A stretch of DNA of 63,964 nt, counting the filler, from Reclinomonas americana ATCC 50394 (Eukaryota), in the NCBI GenBank assembly GCA_048213135.1. It is 7 parts of 4 records of this genome, joined end to end, with 100 filler letters (N's around TTAATTAATTAA, not from the genome) between each part and the next. Parts side by side here need not be neighbours in the genome. Positions count along the whole stretch, not along the records: positions 55,961 to 62,473 come from PS015292.1; positions 62,574 to 63,964 come from PS015308.1; 5 more parts are not named here. One strand, given 5' to 3'. A program made the translations under genes and the position numbers. The stretch's first letter is position 1; each line of letters opens with the position of its first letter. The notes beneath the pieces are model-generated. The model had not been told where the DNA came from. It saw nothing but the letters and a program-made list of their open reading frames with translations, and made no database searches. Of the stretch, positions 55,968 to 63,964 are shown piece after piece.

Positions 55968-58900
55968 TGCTCTTTCCACTGTGAGTACTGGCATTCTGAG
56001 CGCAACTGTTGCCGTCGGCGGCTCTGGCTACGCTGTCGGTGACAAGCTCACTGTCAGCGGTGGTTCGAGCGGCCAGCTTGTTGTGCTGACAGTGAGCAGC
56101 AGCAGCGGTGCAGTGCAAACGGTAGCCGTGTATGCTGCTGGCTCTGGATATTCAACGGCGGCCGCAGCTACTACGAGCGTCTCAAGTGGCGGACCTGGAA
56201 CCGGCTGCACTGTCAACATCATCTCTGGCTCACTTGCCACTGCATACACTGGCCTTGTTAGCGCCGCGGTTGCCGCTGGCGGCTCCGGTTACGCCGTCGG
56301 CGACCAGCTCACCGTCACCGGTGGTGGTGGTAGTGGCGGCAAGGTCTACGTGCTTACGGTGAGCAGCGGCGCGGTCCAGACGGTGGCTGTTTTTACTGCC
56401 GGCTCTGGATACGCGACGACGGCGGCGGCGACGACCACTGGCGGTGCTGGAACCTGCACGATCAACATCGTTTCTGGCACTCTTGGCTCTGTTGGCTCTG
56501 GTATTGTGAGTGCCACTGTGACCGCTGGTGGCTCTGGCTACGCTGTCGGCAACACGCTCACTGTCACCGGCGGCGGTGGGTCTGGTGGCACCCTTTCCGT
56601 GCTGGCAGTGAACAGCAGTGGTGCGGTGCAAGCAGTCGCTCTGCTTACTGCTGGTACCACGTACACGACGACGGGAGCAGCCGCTACGACCGGAAGCGGA
56701 TCCGGCTGCACGCTGAGTATTGTTTCTGGCGCGATGTCCTCGGTCAGCACTGGCATTGTGAGTGCCACGGTGGCCGCCGGCGGTACGAGCTATGTTGTTG
56801 GTGACAAGATCACTGTCAGTGGCGGATCGGGCGGACAGCTTGTGGTACTGAGAGTGAGCAGTGGTGCGGTCCAGGCAGTGGCTGTGTTTACAACAGGCTC
56901 TGGATATACTACGGCTGCGGCGGCGGGCACCACTGGTGGTTCAGGATCCGGTTGCACCGTCAACATTGTCTCCGGCACTCTGGCTACTGTCAGCACCACC
57001 CTTGTAAGCGCCGCCGTAGTTGCTGGTGGCTCCGGACACGCTGTCGGTGACAAGCTTACAGTTGGTGGCGGATCGAGCGGGCAGGTGTACGTCTTGTCGT
57101 TGAGCACCGGTGCTGTGCAGACGTTAGCCATGCTGTCTCCCGGCTCTGGGTATTCAACGGCCACGGCGGCCAGCATTTCTACCACAAGTGGTGCTGGAAG
57201 TGGCCTTGCGGTCAACACTCTTTCTGGCACCACCTCCACTGCAAACACTGCCATCCTCAGCGCCACGGTGGCCGCTGGCGGCTCCGGCTACGTTGTCGGC
57301 GATCGGCTCACTGTTAGTGGCGGATCAAGTGGCCAGGTCATCGTGTTGGCAGTGAGTGGCGGCGCGGTGCAAGCGGTGGCTGTGTATACAGCTGGCTCTG
57401 GATATTCAACGGCCACAGGCGTCAGCACTAGTGGTGGCTCTGGATCCAGCTGCACAGTCAACGTCGTGTCTACGGCTCTCTCTGCGGTGGGCACTGGTAT
57501 TCTCAGTGCCACGGTGGCCGCCGGCGGCTCTGGCTATGCCGTCGGCAGTAAGCTCACCGTCAGTGGCGGCTCTGGCGGTCAGCTTGTGGTGCTGGCAGTG
57601 AACAGCAGTGGTGCGGTGCAGGTGGTTGCCGTGTTTACCGCTGGTTCTGGATATTCAACCGCCTCAGCGGCTGCTACTACGTCCTCCGGATCTGGATCCA
57701 GTTGCACTGTCAATGTCGTCACTGGCACTCTAGCCACTGTATACACTGGCATCACGAGCGCCGCAGTGGCTGTTGGCGGCTCCGGCTACGCCGTCGGCGA
57801 CCAGCTCACCGTCACTGGCGGTGGCGGATCTGGCGGCAAGGTGTACGTGCTAACGGTCAGCAGCGGCGCGGTCCAGACGGTGGCTGTTTTTACTGCTGGC
57901 TCTGGATACGCGACGACGGCGGCGGCGACGACCACTGGCGGCGCTGGAACCTGCACGATCAATATCGTCTCCGGTAAGCTTGGCTCCGCTGTGGGCACTG
58001 GCATCCTCAGCGCCACCGTGACCACTGGTGGCTCGGGCTACGCTGTCGGCAACACGCTCACTGTCACCGGCGGCGGTGGGTCTGGTGGCACCCTTTATGT
58101 GCTGGCAGTGAACAGCAGTGGTGCGGTGCAAGCAGTCGCTCCATTGGCTGCAGGTTCTAGCTATACGACGACGGCAGCAGCCGCTACGACCGGAAGCGGA
58201 TCCGGCTGCACCGTAAGTATCGTTTCTGGTGCCATGTCCTCGGTCAGCACTGGCATTGTGAGTGCCACGGTGGCCAATGGCGGTGCGAGCTACGCTGTTG
58301 GTGACACGATCACCGTCAGTGGCGGATCGGGCGGACAGCTTGTGGTACTGAGAGTGAGCAGCGGTNNNNNNNNNNNNNNNNNNNNNNNNNNNNNNNNNNN
58401 NNNNNNNNNNNNNNNNNNNNNNNNNNNNNNNNNNNNNNNNNNNNNNNNNNNNNNNNNNNNNNNNNNNNNNNNNNNNNNNNNNNNNNNNNNNNNNNNNNNN
58501 NNNNNNNNNNNNNNNNNNNNNNNNNNNNNNNNNNNNNNNNNNNNNNNNNNNNNNNNNNNNNNNNNNNNNNNNNNNNNNNNNNNNNNNNNNNNNNNNNNNN
58601 NNNNNNNNNNNNNNNNNNNNNNNNNNNNNNNNNNNNNNNNNNNNNNNNNNNNNNNNNNNNNNNNNNNNNNNNNNNNNNNNCCGGCTACGCTGTCGGTGAC
58701 AAGCTCGCGGTCACTGGCGGTGGAGGATCTGGCGGTCAAGTTGTGGTACTGACAGTGAACGGCAGTGTGGTGGAGTCGGTGGCTGTGTTCGCTGCGGGCA
58801 CTGGATATACAACGACATCGGCGGCGACTACCACCAGTTCCGGCACAGGGTCCGGATGTACAGTCAACATTTTCTCCGGCGCTGTCTCGGCATTCACCAT

Positions 58901-61900
58901 CAATGCCGGCGGATTCGGCTATCAGGTCGGCGATATTATTGATGTGGTACAGACGAATGGTGCGAGTGGCCAGTTGCTGGTGGTGGAGACGAGCACAGGA
59001 ACCAACTGGCGCAAGATTGGTGACACTGGTCGGCCGCCGACGCCGATTGTGGAGAGTTGCGTTTCTTTGACAGGGCAGGGCTAGATAGCGCTACAGTGAA
59101 TCTCACATTGTGAGCCTTCAGAGTATGCGTTTGAGCCGCGGATGATTCCCGAGTCGACTGTTGGTGCCGTGCTGACGTTGACTGGCTGGTCGGCGCTGAC
59201 GGGTGTAAGTGTCAAAGACTGCGCGTCATCGACTGTGTTGTGCACGGTGGCAGCTGGCGCAGACTGGGGGCCGACTAACTTGGCCTATTACGCTCTGTGC
59301 ACGACGACCTCCGTCGCAGCGGTACGTGATGCGGCATTACGCGGTTGCACTTTTTTAGTTGTTGTTGAGTGTGGTCCATCCGTTCAGGGCATCTATGATG
59401 CATGCATTGGGTCGACTCAAATCAATCAAAGCGGCTGGCCGCTAATTGTTGGCAAATGCGGCTGGTACAATATCAACTTCCGACCGTCGCAGTACACCAA
59501 TACGGTTCCGAACATCACCACGCGCGCTCAGAGTGCGGGCGCCTGTGCTGGTGTGTGTGTGTGTACCTGTTCTGTGTGTTCATGCTTCTTGCAAGCATGC
59601 AGGGTTCGGGACTGATCACTCGTTGATGTTGCAGGTGACACCACGATGGGATGCAAGTGGTACGGTTGTTGCCGCCTTTTGTTCATTCGTATCACCCTTG
59701 GCTGACTGTGTGTCCTTGCAGGTGCAACCAGGCTGGTCAGATTCGTGCACTGGGCGACTGGTCCAAGTCCACGCAGTCGTCGACGCGCGGTTACTGCGTC
59801 AACACTGCCACGAACTGCAGCAATAGTGTGGCCGGCATGACGGGCGCTGTGGACATGCTTACCAACCAAGATGCAGTTGTGGCGTATCCGGTGCACGACA
59901 AATGGAAGGAGAATGGCGATCAGGTGTTGGAGGAGGTGTTCCCGAACCGCTTTGCATACTACAGGATCGTGCCACCACACCGGTGATTGACGATGAATTG
60001 TCTCATCTCTTTTCTGTATCTCTCTTGATCTGACTGTTTGTACGTGTGCTGTGCGCAGCAACTTCAATCTGCGCGTGCTGGCGCTGACCATCGACTATCT
60101 GCGACTTGGCGACAATCTGGACCTGTACATTCAACGCAATGCGATTCCGACGACGTCGTCGTGGGCGTTCACGTCGGTGCGCGAGAACAATCCATGGGAG
60201 ATTGATGTGTATCAGGAGGACCTGGCTGCGAATGGTGCGCGCTATAAGGTGTCGAGCACTGTGATTTGTTCGCGTCGCTCACGCAGCTGCGTGTGTGTTA
60301 TGCAGGAATGTGCACGACATCTGGGTGCAATCCATATTACATTGGCGTGATGGGTGACAATCAGTTCCCGCAGAAGAGTGGAGCGTCGGAGTATCAGATG
60401 CAAGTGTGGCTTGGTGCGGCATGTTGTCGAGGGTGTTCTCCCCGATACTTGCAGTTGATGTGTTTGCTGACATACTGCCTTTTTTTGTTCACCACCTTGC
60501 AGAGATGAATTTCACCGATTTCACTTGCGCTGACGCCATGAGTAACAACTGTCTGAACCTCAAGATTCGAGATGGAACTCCGGTGTCATCTGGAGTGACT
60601 GCCATGCTCCTGTCTACGGCCGACAGCAGCAGTTACACAGATGCGGTGACGGTGTGTTTCCTCGGTTCTTGTTTCACTGGGTGCACACATACATGTATGT
60701 AACAAGTGACATTGATTGGCATGCAGTTTGTGGCGGACGACTTGACGCCTGCGAACAATGTGATGCGGCTGGTGAAACAGAAGGCTGGATCGATCCTGTC
60801 GCTGACCGATCGCCATCGCCGCTCGCACGTGTACTACGGCGATCGACTGTTCTTGAAGAACGGGTTTGAGGCACGCTTCCGCTTCCGCATCTCGTCGCTG
60901 GGTCTGTGCACGGAGCTCGACGGGTGCGTGTGTGTTCGAATACGAGCTCGAGAGAGTTCCCAGAAACATTACTCGCTGTGCTGGTGGTCTGATGACGTTG
61001 GCGCGCGCAGATTCTGCGGTGGTGGCGACGGTTTCGCTCTCGTATTCGCCAAAAGCTCGGCCACTGCCGATCGAATTCCGTCGACGTGGGCGTCGGCGAG
61101 CAAGTTCGCTGTGGGCAAGGGTCTTGGATACGAAGGACTGTCGGACGTGCTGGCGATCGAGTTCGACACGTGGTTCAACAAGGACTACTACGACCCGAAG
61201 CAGGTTGCGTTCTTGAGAAGAGTCACACGCGCGCTGTGCACGGGGGATCTCATCAGTGTTGCAGGGTGTTGAGCACTGGTGGATCAACTCGACCGAGTTC
61301 GTGAGCTACTCCGACAACCATTTGGCTGGTGAGTGTGCGGAGTGATGGAGATGTGTTCTCGGCAGTCGTGTTCTCACAAAAAACAAAACACTTCATTCAC
61401 CACATTCCAATAATGCGACAAATGTCCACTGATGATGTGCGCAGTGTTCTCGTCACTTCCTGGACAGCCGGTGCAGGCCGACCACTCGACAGACTCGCTC
61501 ATTGGTACGACGCCATCGATTCCCAATCTGAGTGATGGCCAGATTCACGAAGTGCGCGTGTGGTGAGTGCGACGCGGATGTGACGTGAATGTGACGTGAC
61601 AGCGGCCGTTCTGTGTCGAACCAACAAACACTCACACTGTGTGTGCGTCGTCGTGTAGGTACCTGCCGCCCATGTTTGGTCATGCGGGGTCGCTGTCAAT
61701 CTTCATCGACAACACGGTGCGGCCTGTACTCGTGGTAGACGTGACGTTGGATAGCGCGTACAGCTACTTCCCGAATCACTACATGATGCAGCGGGTGAGC
61801 ACGACTGTGTTTGTGCCTGTTGTCGCTGCTGCCTGCTGACCAGTTGAGCAACTGGCGCGCAGGGAGTGTTGAGTTCGGATGGCTACGGCTACATGGGTTT

Positions 61901-62048
61901 CACAGCGGGAGTTGGCGATGTGACACAGACCGTGGACATTCTGTCGTGGGCGTTCTGCCACAAACCGTTGCGTTCACTGTGACGGCTGTTGATCGCGCAA
62001 TGATGCTTATCACTTTGTTTTGTACGCAGCGGCTGTGTGGCCTACTGA
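55968..62048 (+). CDS. Large extracellular-type protein: about 12 GGSGY beta-repeats, Cys-containing region, PPC-like domain, L-type (legume) lectin domain (5' partial)
   Basis: About 83-aa repeat ILSATVAAGGSGYAVGDKLTVSGG..VQTVAVFTAGSGY..GCTVNIVSG. PPC-like DNLDLYIQRNAIPT..YYIGV. Lectin motifs GDGFALVF..GLGYEG..LAIEFDTWFN..GFTAG..ILSWAF. Confidence 0.82.
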
Positions 62049-62094
62049 GAGAGGCAGTTGTTTTCCTGATTACTCTATGCAATTGACTGATGAA

Positions 62095-62473
62095 TTATGT
62101 ACTCCACAAATGAAGCAACTCAACACAATCCTCCGCCTCCTCCGCACACAAACACGGGTAACATATCGTGCACAGCTTCGCAGGCGAGCTGCGCAGTGGC
62201 CACGACCGAGGGCCACATGCGCACGCAAACACAATCGAGGTGACGGCGACAGACGACACCGTGCCCGCCCATTTGAACTCGCGAACCTGCATGGCGGCAG
62301 CCACCGACCACACTCGCACGCTGCCGTCGTTGCCGGCGCTGACAAGAAGGTCGCTGTCGGCCGTGAACGCCAGCGACGTCACCTCAAACAGATGACCCAC
62401 GAGAAGGCCCCGCACCGCTTCCGGGTCTCGCTTCGGTCTCGCATTCACGGTGGTGAAGCCAGTAAACGCGCTG
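62095..62473 (-). CDS. WD40-repeat protein, 3' fragment
   Basis: GHLFEVTSLAFTADSDLLVSAGNDGSVRVWSV. Confidence 0.6.
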
Positions 62474-62573
62474 NNNNNNNNNNNNNNNNNNNNNNNNNNN
62501 NNNNNNNNNNNNNNNNNTTAATTAATTAANNNNNNNNNNNNNNNNNNNNNNNNNNNNNNNNNNNNNNNNNNNN

Positions 62574-63964
62574 GCATGCAAAGAAAATCCCTGATGCCCA
62601 CCGCACCTGATGTTCCATCTGCGCAGCCACAGTTTCATAGTGTCAGCCAACGTAGCCATCATAGTACAGAAGGCTGCAAATTCCAAACCTCTGCAAGGGC
62701 TGGCGGGAAGCTGGTATACAGAGAATCGCACTTGGTGGCGGCATTCTCGCGATTCAGCTTGTCCTCGAAATGCTCTTTCGACTTGCTCGACAGCGAGAAG
62801 CAGATCTTGGGAATGGGGAAGAACACGCGTTCAAGTCGACGCTTGCGCACGACTTCCACGCGACCCAACAGCCTCGAGAAGAAGAAGTAGTCGTCAAGCC
62901 GCAGACCGAGCTGTTCCATCACAAGATGCATGAGTCGGGAGGCAACGGACAGAAAACACGAGCCTTCACACACACCCTCTTGCTCATGTGCTCATCCTCG
63001 GAGAAGAACTGCAGCATGATGAACAGATGCATGCCGAGATCGAAGCGATGAGACAAGGAGCTGCCGTCGAGTGCGTCGAGTGCGGCGACCAGCGACATGC
63101 CGGACGACTCCTTGGTGACGCCCAGCGTACTGATAAGCTGCATGCGCAGGACAGATGGTACGTGTTAGCATCAGCAGCCGCACAAGCGCGTACCCTCTCA
63201 CGTACCTCGTCGTGAATTCGATGCATCAGGTCGCACATGCGTCGTAGGTCGAGCGTGTCGCTAATCAGGTACGCCAGACCACCTAACAGCATCATCTCAC
63301 ACTGATTAGAAAACGGCATGTTTTTTTCCTTGATCAAGCATGGGTACTCCACCTGATCCCTCCTGGAGCAGACTGGTCAGCGTGATGACAGCGGCAATCT
63401 GCAAACTCGTCACAGCGTCGCTGTCGGGACACTCGGCGGCGAGGTCATCGTGGAACACCTTATTGATGGCCAGATACAGCTTTGAGGCTGCCACGTTTTG
63501 CTGGTTCTCCACTGCGCATCGTTTTTAGAGCCAAGTAAGTCCACCAGCGCACAAACACAAAACGCTCAGTGCCACTACCACGTCACGCACCGCATGGTCC
63601 TTGAATCATGTCGGTAAGAGTGCAAAACACTTGCGATGCTGCAATTGCCAACACAGAGTGAGCGTGCGCCGAATGCAAGAATTCTTCGACAGCCCTCACC
63701 AATGTGCATGTTGGAGCCGTCGATGAAACGCTCGTGCGAAATGTAGGTAACCACTTCGGAGACAATGTCTACCGACTCCACGACGTCGGGCTGTACCCGC
63801 AAGTAGTTCTGCGAAAGGAATCGAAACGCATGAGTATGATTCGTGTCACTACGTATCATGTCGATCGTCGTGCACGCACCTGCCACGGGAGATTGTGTCC
63901 CTCACAGCACAGTTGCACCAGTCGCAGCACCTGAAGGGAGTATCCGCGCTCCTGCAGCATAAAT
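62574..63964 (-). CDS. ITPR: Inositol 1,4,5-trisphosphate receptor/ryanodine receptor-family Ca2+ channel fragment (RIH-associated region)
   Basis: VLRLVQLCCEGHNLPWQ|NYLRVQ, TLTDMIQGPC|VENQ and VEVVRKRRLERVFFPIPKIC. Confidence 0.9.

Noticed and set aside
58681..58752. Apparent frameshift or stop in the GGSGY repeat ORF
   Set aside because: It is caused by the inexact gap length. The repeat continues in another frame (GYAVGDKLAVTGGGGSGGQ).
62034..62048. C-terminal CVAY as a CaaX prenylation motif
   Set aside because: Tyr is an unfavourable X residue and the protein appears extracellular.

Overview
Intron-rich, GC-rich eukaryotic (protist-like) DNA; I cannot assign the taxon from sequence alone. 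The window is seven unrelated scaffolds joined by artificial 100-nt N-TTAATTAATTAA-N spacers, with further internal N gaps. Splicing the exons by hand gives these genes: two tandem intronless WD40 genes; a divergent 8-exon actin; three tandem intronless Gln-rich paralogs; an RLK/Pelle-like kinase with a C-terminal RING; a PAK/STE20 kinase; an HPS5/TECPR2-like protein; a cadherin-REJ-GPS polycystin-1-like protein; a giant HECTD4/MYCBP2-like protein, with a HECT fragment and a PA-domain fragment on inverted contigs; a type I membrane protein; UDP-glucose pyrophosphorylase; UBA1; a universal stress protein; a GGSGY-repeat/L-type lectin protein; and an IP3-receptor fragment. The most notable signals concern splicing: an AT-AC (U12-type) intron in UGPase, two consecutive 4-nt micro-exons that complete a kinase catalytic region, and recurrent GTTGCG (+3 pyrimidine) donor sites. 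Also notable are the hypervariable WD40 genes with a shared C-terminal tail and the phage-like repeat/lectin fusion. All family assignments come from motif recognition by eye, not from database searches.
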